Assembly: GCA_902548405.1 (NCBI GenBank) | Contig: CACCRN010000002.1 | Coordinates: 82,874-146,873, forward strand | Length of the DNA: 64,000 nucleotides | Reading direction: 5' to 3' | Origin: an uncultured Pelagibacteraceae bacterium | GTDB lineage: Bacteria > Pseudomonadota > Alphaproteobacteria > Pelagibacterales > Pelagibacteraceae | Part shown: in pieces, positions 28,159 to 39,571 of the stretch | Position numbering within the stretch: position 1 is the stretch's first letter | How the letters are laid out: every line of letters starts with the position of its first letter | Notes under the pieces: generated by a model | The model's database searches: none | Told to the model about the DNA's origin: nothing | Seen by the model: only the letters and a program-made list of their open reading frames with translations | Made by a program: the position numbers and the translations under genes

Positions 28159-28557
28159 ATGTCATACGCAGTAATAAAAACAGGTGGTAAACAGTACAAA
28201 GTTAAATCTGGTGAAATATTAAAAATTGAAAAATTACCAGATTCAAAGCCTGAAACTAAGATAGAATTTAATGAAATCCTAGCATATGGGGACGATAAAA
28301 ATATTGAGGTTGGAACTCCTAATATTGAAGGTGCTAAGGTAGAGGCAGATTTAATTAAAAATAGTAAAAATAGAACAATTCTAATTTTCAAAAAAAGAAG
28401 AAGACAAAACTCAAGAAGAAAAAATGGACACAGACAACAATTTTCTTTGATAAGAATTAACAAAATTTTTTCAAAAGATGGTAAAGTATTATCTGAAGCT
28501 GAAAAAATTAAACCGGCTCCCAAAAAAGAGGAAGTTAAGGAAGCTGCAAGCAAATAG
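28159..28557 (+). CDS. rplU: 50S ribosomal protein L21 with a short C-terminal extension
   Basis: YAVIKTGGKQYKV, FKKRRRQNSRRKNGHRQ. Confidence 0.98.
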   Translation: MSYAVIKTGGKQYKVKSGEILKIEKLPDSKPETKIEFNEILAYGDDKNIEVGTPNIEGAKVEADLIKNSKNRTILIFKKRRRQNSRRKNGHRQQFSLIRINKIFSKDGKVLSEAEKIKPAPKKEEVKEAASK

Positions 28558-28571
28558 TTATTAGGTAAATT

Positions 28572-28826
28572 ATGGCAACAAAAAAAGCAGGTGGATCATC
28601 GAGAAACGGACGAGATAGTGCTGGTCGAAGACTTGGTGTTAAAAAATACGGTGGAGAAACTGTAATACCTGGAAATATAATTGTTAGACAAAGAGGAACA
28701 AAAATTTTTCCTGGCGAAAATGTTGGAATGGGAAAAGATCATTCAATTTTTTCTGTTATCAAAGGTAAAGTTGTATTCAAAAAATCTAAATTAGATAGAA
28801 CTTACGTTTCAGTAAAACCCAATTAA
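28572..28826 (+). CDS. rpmA: 50S ribosomal protein L27
   Basis: [33 protein letters not shown]. Confidence 0.99.
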   Translation: MATKKAGGSSRNGRDSAGRRLGVKKYGGETVIPGNIIVRQRGTKIFPGENVGMGKDHSIFSVIKGKVVFKKSKLDRTYVSVKPN

Positions 28827-28852
28827 TAGTACAACCAAGAAAATGTTGTATT

Positions 28853-29836
28853 ATGAAATTTCTCGATCAAGTTAAAATTTATATTAAGGCTGGAAACGGT
28901 GGTGACGGTTCGCCAAGTTTTAGAAGAGAAAAGTACGTTGAGTTTGGAGGACCTGATGGAGGCGATGGAGGCAGGGGTGGCTCTATCATTTTAAAATCAG
29001 AAGAAAACTTAAACACTTTAATTGATTACAGATATCAACAACATCATAAAGCTCAACGTGGAGAGAATGGTTCTGGTCAAAATCGAACAGGTAAAAGTGG
29101 TGAGGATTTGGTTTTAAAAGTTCCTCTTGGAACTCAAGTATTTGAAGAAGATAACAAAACTCTATTATTTGATTTTAACAAAAAAGGAGAAGAGTACATT
29201 GCAGCTAATGGTGGCAAAGGTGGTTTGGGAAATACTAGATTTAAAAGCTCTACAAACAGAGCTCCAAGAAAATTTACGAAAGGAACTTTGGGAGAAGAGT
29301 TTACAATTTGGTTACAACTTAAAACAATAGCTGATATCGGAATTATCGGATTACCTAACGCAGGAAAATCAAGTTTGTTAGCAGCACTTACAAACGCAAA
29401 TCCTAAAATTGCTAATTATAAATTTACAACAATTAATCCTAACTTGGGTGTTGCTAGCTATGATGATAAAGAAATCACAATAGCTGATATACCAGGATTA
29501 GTAGAAGGTGCCCATGAAGGTGTTGGACTTGGGATACAGTTTTTAAAACATATAGAAAGATGCAAATCTTTATTACATTTAATTGATATTACTAATCTTG
29601 ATCTTAAGGAATCTTATGATCAGGTTAAAAATGAACTTAAAAATTACAGTTCTAAAATGCTTGAAAAGAGAGAATTAATTGTATTTAACAAAATAGATTT
29701 AATTGATGAAGACACAGCTAAAGATGTAATTGATGATTTCTCTAAGGATAAAAATTGTGAGATAATGACAATGACAACTTTAAATAAAGAGTCGGTTTCA
29801 AAAATTAAGGCAAAATTATTAGCTTATGTATCTTAA
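28853..29836 (+). CDS. obgE: GTPase ObgE
   Basis: FRREKY..FGGPDGGDGG, GLPNAGKS, Y.FTT..PNLG, DIPGL.EGA, NK.D. Confidence 0.98.
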   Translation: MKFLDQVKIYIKAGNGGDGSPSFRREKYVEFGGPDGGDGGRGGSIILKSEENLNTLIDYRYQQHHKAQRGENGSGQNRTGKSGEDLVLKVPLGTQVFEEDNKTLLFDFNKKGEEYIAANGGKGGLGNTRFKSSTNRAPRKFTKGTLGEEFTIWLQLKTIADIGIIGLPNAGKSSLLAALTNANPKIANYKFTTINPNLGVASYDDKEITIADIPGLVEGAHEGVGLGIQFLKHIERCKSLLHLIDITNLDLKESYDQVKNELKNYSSKMLEKRELIVFNKIDLIDEDTAKDVIDDFSKDKNCEIMTMTTLNKESVSKIKAKLLAYVS

Positions 29837-30932
29837 AAACTCGAAAATTATTGTTATTAAAATTGGTTCATCTTTATTAGTTGATGAAAATAAAAAAATT
29901 AGAAAAAAATGGCTTTCAAGCTTTGCGAGGGACATCAAAAAACTAAAAGATAAAAATCAAAAAATAGTCATTGTTAGTTCAGGTGCTATCGCTCTTGGAT
30001 GTAAAAAAATGAATTTTAACAAAAAAAATATCAAGTTAGATAAAAGTCAAGCAATTGCCTCTATTGGCCAAATTGAACTAATGAATCTATTCTCTCAGAC
30101 CTTTTCAAAATTCAAATTAAATATTTCACAAATTTTGTTAACTCTAGAAGATACGGAGGAGCGAAGAAGATCCTTAAATGCCAAAAGAACATTCGAAAAT
30201 TTATTCGAACTTGGATTTATCCCAGTTGTTAATGAGAATGATACAATTGCAACGACTGAAATAAAATATGGAGATAATGATAGATTAGCATCTAGAGTAG
30301 CTCAAATTACAAACGCCGATACATTAATTTTACTTTCAGATGTAGATGGCCTTTTTACAAAAAATCCAAAAGTAAATAAAGACGCTAAACTAATAAAAAT
30401 AGTAAATGATATAAACAAAGACTTAAAAGAAATTAATATCAAAGGAATTAATGAATATGGAAGTGGAGGAATGCAAACAAAAATTGAAGCTGCTAAAATT
30501 TGTCAATTAGCTGGCAGCAGTATGATTATTGCAAACGGACTGTATTCAAATCCTATTTCAAAGATTATTGAAAAAAATAATTGTACATGGTTCAGCCCAA
30601 AGGTCTCTAAACTTCATGCTAGAAAAAAATGGATAATTAGCTCAATTGCACCTAAAGGAAATATTGTAATTGATGATGGAGCCAAAAAAGCGTTAAAGCT
30701 TGGAAAAAGTTTACTAGCTGCAGGTATTAAAAATGTATCAGGAAGATTTAACAAAGGTGATCATATAAAAGTTTTAGATAAAAAAAATAATGAATGTGCT
30801 AGGGGTTTAAGTTCTTTTTCTTCTGATGAAGTAAAAAAAATTATGGGACACCATTCGAATGAAATTCAAAAATTACTTGGGTATGTTGCAAAATCTGAAG
30901 TTATTCATAAAGATGATATGGTAGAAGTATAA
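29826..30932 (+). CDS. proB: Glutamate 5-kinase
   Basis: VIKIGSS, VSSGAIA.G, NENDT....I.YGDND.L, G.GGM.TK, PUA domain. Confidence 0.97.
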   Translation: MYLKNSKIIVIKIGSSLLVDENKKIRKKWLSSFARDIKKLKDKNQKIVIVSSGAIALGCKKMNFNKKNIKLDKSQAIASIGQIELMNLFSQTFSKFKLNISQILLTLEDTEERRRSLNAKRTFENLFELGFIPVVNENDTIATTEIKYGDNDRLASRVAQITNADTLILLSDVDGLFTKNPKVNKDAKLIKIVNDINKDLKEINIKGINEYGSGGMQTKIEAAKICQLAGSSMIIANGLYSNPISKIIEKNNCTWFSPKVSKLHARKKWIISSIAPKGNIVIDDGAKKALKLGKSLLAAGIKNVSGRFNKGDHIKVLDKKNNECARGLSSFSSDEVKKIMGHHSNEIQKLLGYVAKSEVIHKDDMVEV

Positions 30933-32183
30933 ATGAATAATTATATGAATTTAATCGGTAAAAGAGCAAGAAAAGCAAGTCAATATAAAATAGACACAAA
31001 AGTTAAAAATAGTGTTTTAGCCTCCTATGCCAAAATGCTTAACGAAAACAAAGGTTTAATAATTAAAGAAAATACTAAAGATATTAATTACGCAAAAAAA
31101 ATAGGATTAAAAGAAAATTTAATTAATAGACTTCATTTAAATGAGAAAAAAATAAACGACATCAGAAATTCTATTATTAGTATTATTAAATTTAAAGATC
31201 CCATTAATCATGTTTTAGAAAAGTGGAAAAGACCTAATGGATTAAATATTAGTAGAGTATCAATTCCAATAGGAGTTATTGGTGTAATTTATGAAAGTAG
31301 GCCAAATGTTACATCAGATGTTGCGGGTTTATGTTTCAAATCAGGTAATGCAGTAATCTTAAGAGGAGGTTCTGAAGCAATCAATTCAAATAGAATTTTA
31401 TCAAAACTTTTTAGAAAAGCGCTCAAAAAAAATAAAGTAGATGAAAACTTTATACAATTTATAGACTCTAAAAACAGAAAGATGGTCGATGTAATGCTTT
31501 CCAAAATGAAAGAATATATTGATGTTATAATTCCACGTGGTGGAAAAAATCTTGTAAGAAAAGTTCAAGAACTTTCTAAGGTTCCTATAATTGGTCATCT
31601 TGAGGGTATTTGTCATACATATGTCGACAAAGACGCTGAATTAAAGATGGCAAATAGAGTTGTTACTAACGCAAAATTAAGAAACACCAGCATATGTGGG
31701 GCGACCGAAACCATTATTCTACATAAAAATATTGTTAAAAAATTTAGCAATATAATCCTGGGCAATTTAGAAAAAAATGGTTGTAAAATTTATGGAGAAA
31801 AGACTTTGGCTAAATTTTACAAAGGTAAAATTTTTAAAGCTACTGAAAAAGATTGGTCTACAGAATATTTAAGCTCAGCGGTTTCAGTTAAAATAGTAAA
31901 CAACATAAATGAAGCTATAAGCCATATCAATAAGTATGGAACAATGCATACAGACTCAATAATTACAAAAAACAAAAAAACAGCTAATCAATTTCTAAAA
32001 GAAGTCAAAAGCTCTATTGCTATGCATAACACTTCAACTCAATTTGCAGATGGAGGTGAATTTGGGTTCGGTGGAGAAGTTGGAATTTCTACCAATGTAC
32101 TACCACCAAGAGGGCCTGTAGGACTTAATCAACTTGTTTCATACAAATATCAAATTACAAGTAACGGTAAAATAAGAAATTAA
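30933..32183 (+). CDS. proA: Gamma-glutamyl phosphate reductase
   Basis: PIGVIG.IYESRPNVT, IPRGG..L, G.CH.YVD, ICGA.ET, STQFADGGEFG.G.E.GIST. Confidence 0.97.
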   Translation: MNNYMNLIGKRARKASQYKIDTKVKNSVLASYAKMLNENKGLIIKENTKDINYAKKIGLKENLINRLHLNEKKINDIRNSIISIIKFKDPINHVLEKWKRPNGLNISRVSIPIGVIGVIYESRPNVTSDVAGLCFKSGNAVILRGGSEAINSNRILSKLFRKALKKNKVDENFIQFIDSKNRKMVDVMLSKMKEYIDVIIPRGGKNLVRKVQELSKVPIIGHLEGICHTYVDKDAELKMANRVVTNAKLRNTSICGATETIILHKNIVKKFSNIILGNLEKNGCKIYGEKTLAKFYKGKIFKATEKDWSTEYLSSAVSVKIVNNINEAISHINKYGTMHTDSIITKNKKTANQFLKEVKSSIAMHNTSTQFADGGEFGFGGEVGISTNVLPPRGPVGLNQLVSYKYQITSNGKIRN

Positions 32184-32184
32184 T

Positions 32185-32706
32185 TTGAAATCAAATAAGA
32201 CAAAAATAGGAATTTTAGGAGGATCATTTGATCCTGCTCATAAAGGTCATCTAGCTATTTCAAAAGAAGCAAAAAAAAGATTTGAACTTAAAAACATTAT
32301 CTGGGCAATCACAAAAAAAAATCCTTTTAAAAACCAGAGCAAAACCTCCGTTACTGAAAGAATAAAATTCTGTAAAAAAATTATTGGTAAAAATTCATTT
32401 ATAAAAGTGAGATTTTACGAAAATAAAATTAACTCAAATAAAACAATTGATTTAATTAATCATTTAAAAAAAAATAAAAATATTGAAATCTATTTTTTAA
32501 TGGGAGCAGATAACTTAATAAATTTTCACAAATGGTATAAATCAAAATCTATTTCACAAAAGTGTAATATTTTAGTTTTCGATAGGCATGGCTATAAAAA
32601 AAACTCATTAAAATCAAACACATTTAAGGCTCTCGGTAATACCACCCTCAAATTCATAGAGTTTAATAAAGTCAACATTTCATCTTCTCAATTAAGAAAA
32701 ATTTGA
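32185..32706 (+). CDS. nadD: Nicotinate-nucleotide adenylyltransferase (TTG start)
   Basis: GILGGSFDPAH.GH, NP.K, MGADNL..FHKW, ISSSQLR. Confidence 0.92.
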   Translation: MKSNKTKIGILGGSFDPAHKGHLAISKEAKKRFELKNIIWAITKKNPFKNQSKTSVTERIKFCKKIIGKNSFIKVRFYENKINSNKTIDLINHLKKNKNIEIYFLMGADNLINFHKWYKSKSISQKCNILVFDRHGYKKNSLKSNTFKALGNTTLKFIEFNKVNISSSQLRKI

Positions 32707-32723
32707 TAGTCTAAATTTAATTA

Positions 32724-33074
32724 ATGGATAAAATTTCAGATCTCAAAGAAATTGTAATCACCACATTAGATCTTAATAAAGCTGAAGACATAGTAACTAT
32801 TGATCTAAAAGATAAAAGTTCGATGGCAGATTATATGATAATAGCAAGCGGTACATCATCTAGACATATACAGTCTTTATCTGAACAAGTATTAGAAAAG
32901 CTTAAAGATAATGGGATTAAAGACTCTAAAATTGAGGGTAAAGAAAGTGGTGAATGGAAATTGGTAGACGGTATAGATCTAATCGTTCATATTTTTCATC
33001 CAGAGAAAAGAAAATTTTATGAATTAGAAAAAATCTGGTCAGAATTTATTCCTAAAGAAAAAGTAATGATATGA
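32724..33074 (+). CDS. rsfS: Ribosome silencing factor RsfS
   Basis: KAEDIV.IDL, ADYM.IASG.S.RH, W.LVD..D.IVH.F.PE.R.FY.LEK.W. Confidence 0.95.
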   Translation: MDKISDLKEIVITTLDLNKAEDIVTIDLKDKSSMADYMIIASGTSSRHIQSLSEQVLEKLKDNGIKDSKIEGKESGEWKLVDGIDLIVHIFHPEKRKFYELEKIWSEFIPKEKVMI

Positions 33075-34207
33075 AAATAATTAAATATTACTTAATTATT
33101 TTTTTATCATTTTTTTATTTAATTTCAGCAAACTCTTCTGAAGTAGATATTTACAAAAAGATAGATTTATTTGGTGAGGTTTTAGAAAAAATAAATAGAG
33201 AATATATTGATGAGATCAATCAATCTGAGAGCATGGACTCTGCTATCAATGGCTTACTTCAATCTTTAGACCCTTATTCCTCTTATATGTCTCCTGAGAT
33301 TCTGGAGGAGATGCAAACTGAAACTAGCGGTGAATTTGGTGGCCTTGGAATTGAGGTAAGTATGGAAGCAGGAGTTGTTAAAGTTATTTCACCTATTGAC
33401 GACACACCAGCGTCAAAAGCTGGATTAAAAGCTGGTGATTATATTGTGAAAATTAATGATACCCAAGTTCAAGGGAAATCTCTAAGTGAAGCTGTTGATT
33501 TAATGCGAGGCCCAGTAGGTTCAAGTATAGAATTAACAGTTAGACGAAGAGGAGAAAAAAAAGCATTAACATTTAATATCACTAGAGAAATAATTGAAAT
33601 TCAATCAGTTAAGTCAGAGTTATTAGAAGAAAATATTGGCTATATTAGATTAACTTCATTTAATGAAAACAGTAGTGATCAAATAGAAAAACAAATAAAG
33701 AAATTAAAAAAAAATAAAAATCTTAATTCATTTATTTTAGATTTAAGAAATAATCCAGGTGGATTACTAAACCAAGCAATAAGAATATCTGATTTCTTTT
33801 TAGAAAATGGTGAAATTGTCTCCACTAAAAGTAGAAAAAAATCTGATAATAGAAAATGGTTTGCAAAAAAAGGAGACATAACTGACGGAAAAACGTTATT
33901 AGTACTAATAAATTATGGATCAGCCTCAGCATCAGAAATTGTTGCAGGAGCTTTAAAAGACCACAAAAGAGCAATTGTTGTAGGTGAGAACAGTTATGGC
34001 AAAGGTTCAGTTCAATCTATTATTCCTCTTAAAAATAGAGGTGCAATACGTTTAACTGTTGCAAAATATTATCTTCCATCTGGAAAATCTATATCTGAAG
34101 TTGGTGTAAGTCCAGACATTGAAGTAAATGAAGAAGGTGATGATTTTAAAATAAGAACTGACACTGATAATCAACTAAATTACGCAATTAAATTACTCAA
34201 CGGATAA
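33071..34207 (+). CDS. ctpA: S41 carboxyl-terminal processing protease
   Basis: LDPYS.Y, GEFGGLGIEV (PDZ), DLRNNPGGLL, SASASEIVAGAL.DH.RA, GKGSVQ. Confidence 0.94.
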   Translation: MKIIKYYLIIFLSFFYLISANSSEVDIYKKIDLFGEVLEKINREYIDEINQSESMDSAINGLLQSLDPYSSYMSPEILEEMQTETSGEFGGLGIEVSMEAGVVKVISPIDDTPASKAGLKAGDYIVKINDTQVQGKSLSEAVDLMRGPVGSSIELTVRRRGEKKALTFNITREIIEIQSVKSELLEENIGYIRLTSFNENSSDQIEKQIKKLKKNKNLNSFILDLRNNPGGLLNQAIRISDFFLENGEIVSTKSRKKSDNRKWFAKKGDITDGKTLLVLINYGSASASEIVAGALKDHKRAIVVGENSYGKGSVQSIIPLKNRGAIRLTVAKYYLPSGKSISEVGVSPDIEVNEEGDDFKIRTDTDNQLNYAIKLLNG

Positions 34208-34208
34208 A

Positions 34209-34685
34209 ATGAAAAAAGATTTAAATAATCTTCCACTAAGAAGTGGAGTAGGAATTGTTGTGTTAAATAAAGAGAACAAAGTTTTTGTTGCCAAAAGAAT
34301 AGATAACCCAAAAAATTTTTGGCAGATGCCTCAAGGTGGCGTAGATGAGGGTGAGGATTTTTTAAAAGCTGCTTACAGAGAACTTGAGGAAGAGACCAGT
34401 ATTAAAAATGTTGAATTAATAAAAGAATTAGATGGAACTATAACTTATGAACTTCCAGATAGATTGCTTGGTTTGATTTGGAAAGGAAAGTACAGAGGTC
34501 AAAAACAAAAATGGTTTTTGATGAGATTTGTTGGGTCAGATAGTGAAATAAATATCAAAACTAAACACCCTGAGTTTTTAGAGTGGAAATGGGTAGAGCT
34601 AGAGAAAATCACAGACTTAGTGGTTGATTTTAAACTGCACGTGTACAAAGAAGTTAAGGATAAAGTAAAAAAAATTATTAATTAA
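34209..34685 (+). CDS. rppH: RNA pyrophosphohydrolase
   Basis: WQMPQGG.D.GE...AA.REL.EET (Nudix box), YRGQKQKWF, FK..VY. Confidence 0.95.
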   Translation: MKKDLNNLPLRSGVGIVVLNKENKVFVAKRIDNPKNFWQMPQGGVDEGEDFLKAAYRELEEETSIKNVELIKELDGTITYELPDRLLGLIWKGKYRGQKQKWFLMRFVGSDSEINIKTKHPEFLEWKWVELEKITDLVVDFKLHVYKEVKDKVKKIIN

Positions 34686-35069
34686 GAGTTTTTAAAACTT
34701 CAATTTTTTGATCTACTAAATATTTAGCTTGATCATTAATATCTGACTTTCCTGCCTCTTCTTCAGCTTTTTTAAGTAAATCCTGTTGAACAGATTTATC
34801 CATATCAGACAAATTATAAATTGAGCTTGTTAGAATGGATAAATTATTATTTTTAAACTCTACTATACCATCCTCAACATAATAATTTTCATCACCAGAT
34901 TTTGAACTAACTTTGATAATACCTGGTTTTAAAAATGAGATAATTGAAATGTGATCTTTTAATATCCCCATTTCTCCCTCAAAAGCAGGTACTACTACTT
35001 CCGATACATCATCTTTGACCAAAAAAGATTTTTCAGGATTTACTATCTCAATTTTAAATTCTTCGCTCA

Positions 35070-35070
<1 letters not shown>
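34678..35070 (-). CDS. atpC: F1 ATP synthase epsilon subunit
   Basis: EIV.PE, VVP..EGEMG.L..H...IS.LKPG; last gene of atpHAGDC. Confidence 0.94.
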
Positions 35071-37363
<2,293 letters not shown>

Positions 37364-37369
37364 ATCAAA

Positions 37370-38905
37370 TTATGATTTAAGGGTTTCCTTTAATTGAGTA
37401 ATCAGTTCAACTAATAACTTTTCTTTATCCTCTTCAAGTTTTCCTGAACTTTGTATCGACTCAATAATCTCAGGTTTTTCTGATTTACATTTTTCAATGA
37501 TTTTACTTTCAAAACCTGCAACATCTTTTAAATCGATATCATCAAGATATCCTTTAACACCACAGAAAACCGAAATTACCTGTTCAGCAACTGTCATTGG
37601 GGAATATTGCTTTTGTTTTAAAAGCTCAGTTAATTTTGATCCTCTATTCAATAACTGCTGAGTAGAAGCATCTAAATCTGAACCAAATTGAGCAAATGCT
37701 GCCATTTCTCTATATTGAGCAAGCTCAAGTTTCATAGATCCTGAAACTTTTTTCATCGCTTTAGTTTGTGCAGATGAGCCTACCCTTGAAACTGATAAAC
37801 CAACGTTAATTGCAGGTCTTATTCCTTGGTTGAATAATTCAGTTTCTAAGAAAATCTGACCATCCGTAATTGAAATTACATTTGTTGGAATAAATGCAGA
37901 TACGTCTCCACCTTGAGTTTCAATAATTGGAAGTGCTGTTAAAGATCCTCCGCCATGTTCATCACTCAATTTTGCAGCTCTTTCTAATAATCTACTATGT
38001 AAATAGAATACATCTCCTGGATAAGCCTCACGTCCTGGAGGTCTTCTAAGTAAAAGTGACATTTGTCTGTAAGCAACTGCTTGTTTTGATAAATCATCGT
38101 AAATAATCAATGCGTGCATTCCATTATCTCTGAAATATTCACCCATAGCACAACCAGTATATGGAGCTAAAAACTGAAGTGGTGCTGAGTCTGATGCTGT
38201 TGCAGCAACAATTGTTGTGTATTCCATTGCACCAGCTTCTTCTAAAGTTTTTTGAATTTGTCTAACAGTTGATCTTTTCTGACCTACAGCAACATAAATA
38301 CAATATAATTTTTGTTTTTCATCGCCTGATTCGTTGATCTTTTTTTGGTTTATGATTGCATCAACTGCAACCGCAGTTTTTCCTGTTTGTCTATCACCAA
38401 TGATTAATTCCCTTTGTCCTCTTCCGATTGGAACCAAACTATCAATTGATTTTAAACCTGTTTGCATTGGTTCATTAACTGATTGTCTAGGGATAATTCC
38501 AGGAGCCTTAACCTCTACTCTGCTCTTTTGTACACTTTTATCTAATGCACCCTTGCCATCAATTGGATTTCCTAAACCATCTACTACTCTACCTAGTAAC
38601 TCTTTTCCAACTGGCGTATCAACAATTTTTCCAGTTCTTTTTACAACATCACCTTCTTTAACATTTCTGTCATCACCAAAAATTACAACACCAACGTTTT
38701 CGCTCTCTAAGTTTAGGGCCATACCTTTAGAGCCATCAGAAAATTCAACCATCTCTCCAGCCTGAACATTGTCAAGACCATAAATTCTAGCGATACCATC
38801 ACCAACTGATAAAACCTGACCTACCTCAGTAACCTCTGCTTTATCTCCAAAATTTTTTATTTGCTCTTTTAATATTTTTGTAACTTCTGAAGGATTTATT
38901 TCCAT
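37370..38905 (-). CDS. atpA: F1 ATP synthase alpha subunit
   Basis: [32 protein letters not shown]. Confidence 0.99.
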   Translation of the reverse strand: MEINPSEVTKILKEQIKNFGDKAEVTEVGQVLSVGDGIARIYGLDNVQAGEMVEFSDGSKGMALNLESENVGVVIFGDDRNVKEGDVVKRTGKIVDTPVGKELLGRVVDGLGNPIDGKGALDKSVQKSRVEVKAPGIIPRQSVNEPMQTGLKSIDSLVPIGRGQRELIIGDRQTGKTAVAVDAIINQKKINESGDEKQKLYCIYVAVGQKRSTVRQIQKTLEEAGAMEYTTIVAATASDSAPLQFLAPYTGCAMGEYFRDNGMHALIIYDDLSKQAVAYRQMSLLLRRPPGREAYPGDVFYLHSRLLERAAKLSDEHGGGSLTALPIIETQGGDVSAFIPTNVISITDGQIFLETELFNQGIRPAINVGLSVSRVGSSAQTKAMKKVSGSMKLELAQYREMAAFAQFGSDLDASTQQLLNRGSKLTELLKQKQYSPMTVAEQVISVFCGVKGYLDDIDLKDVAGFESKIIEKCKSEKPEIIESIQSSGKLEEDKEKLLVELITQLKETLKS

Positions 38906-39463
38906 TTATGCCTCTATCATTCTATTTTCGATTTGTTGTAATTTACTTTTAATTGAGGTGTCAACCATAGTACTCCCTACCTGTACTACTAAACCTCCTA
39001 TTAAACTTTCATCATGTTTGTAGTTTAATTTTATTTTTGAACTAAAGTTTTTAGTTAATTCTTCCGTAATTTGTTTAATTTCTTCATTAGATAATTGTTT
39101 AGCAGATCTTAATTCAGCTTTTAGTTCTCCCCTTTTTTCTGAACAGATCTCGATGAAACTTTTAAGAATTCTTTCTACAAAAAAGAACCTTCTCTTTTGA
39201 ATTAAAAAACTTAAAAAATTTTTTAACAATTGATCAAATTTATAATTTTCTGAGATTGTATTAACTACTTTTAATAAATCATCTTGGCTTGTAGTTGGAT
39301 CTTTTATTAAATTTGAAAAATCTTGGCTTTGTTCTAGCAATTTTAGAACTGAGAGTGACTGCTCTTCAATTTGGGATATAACATTGCTTTCAGTAGATAA
39401 TTCATAAAGTGCAAGTGAATACCTTTCTGCTGAAGTAATTGAAAATCCTGTGTCTTTGCTCAA
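38906..39463 (-). CDS. atpH: F1 ATP synthase delta subunit (TTG start, GAGG upstream)
   Basis: A.RY..ALYEL, D.SLIGGL.V.VGS.M.D.S.K.KL. Confidence 0.95.
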   Translation of the reverse strand: MSKDTGFSITSAERYSLALYELSTESNVISQIEEQSLSVLKLLEQSQDFSNLIKDPTTSQDDLLKVVNTISENYKFDQLLKNFLSFLIQKRRFFFVERILKSFIEICSEKRGELKAELRSAKQLSNEEIKQITEELTKNFSSKIKLNYKHDESLIGGLVVQVGSTMVDTSIKSKLQQIENRMIEA

Positions 39464-39571
39464 CTTGATACCTCTAAAATGTTGAAGATTATTTAAAAAT
39501 CACGCTCTAATTAGCATATGACCTTTATGTCTTCAAGTGACTGATTGACGAAAAAGTCCTCTTTTTTGGGC

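Noticed and set aside
28152-28553. 133-aa antisense ORF opposite rplU
   Set aside because: Mirror frame of a conserved ribosomal protein gene; no motif or initiation signal
5308-33879. Other 60-111 aa ORFs nested in or opposite ahcY, chvG, polA, the decarboxylase, lysS, tyrA, metX/W, obgE, proA and ctpA
   Set aside because: Overlap confident genes almost entirely and show no coding signature
39545-39571. AAAAAG-AGGA-CTTTTT hairpin after priA as an intrinsic terminator
   Set aside because: Stem is almost all A-U and has no separate U-tail; too weak to call
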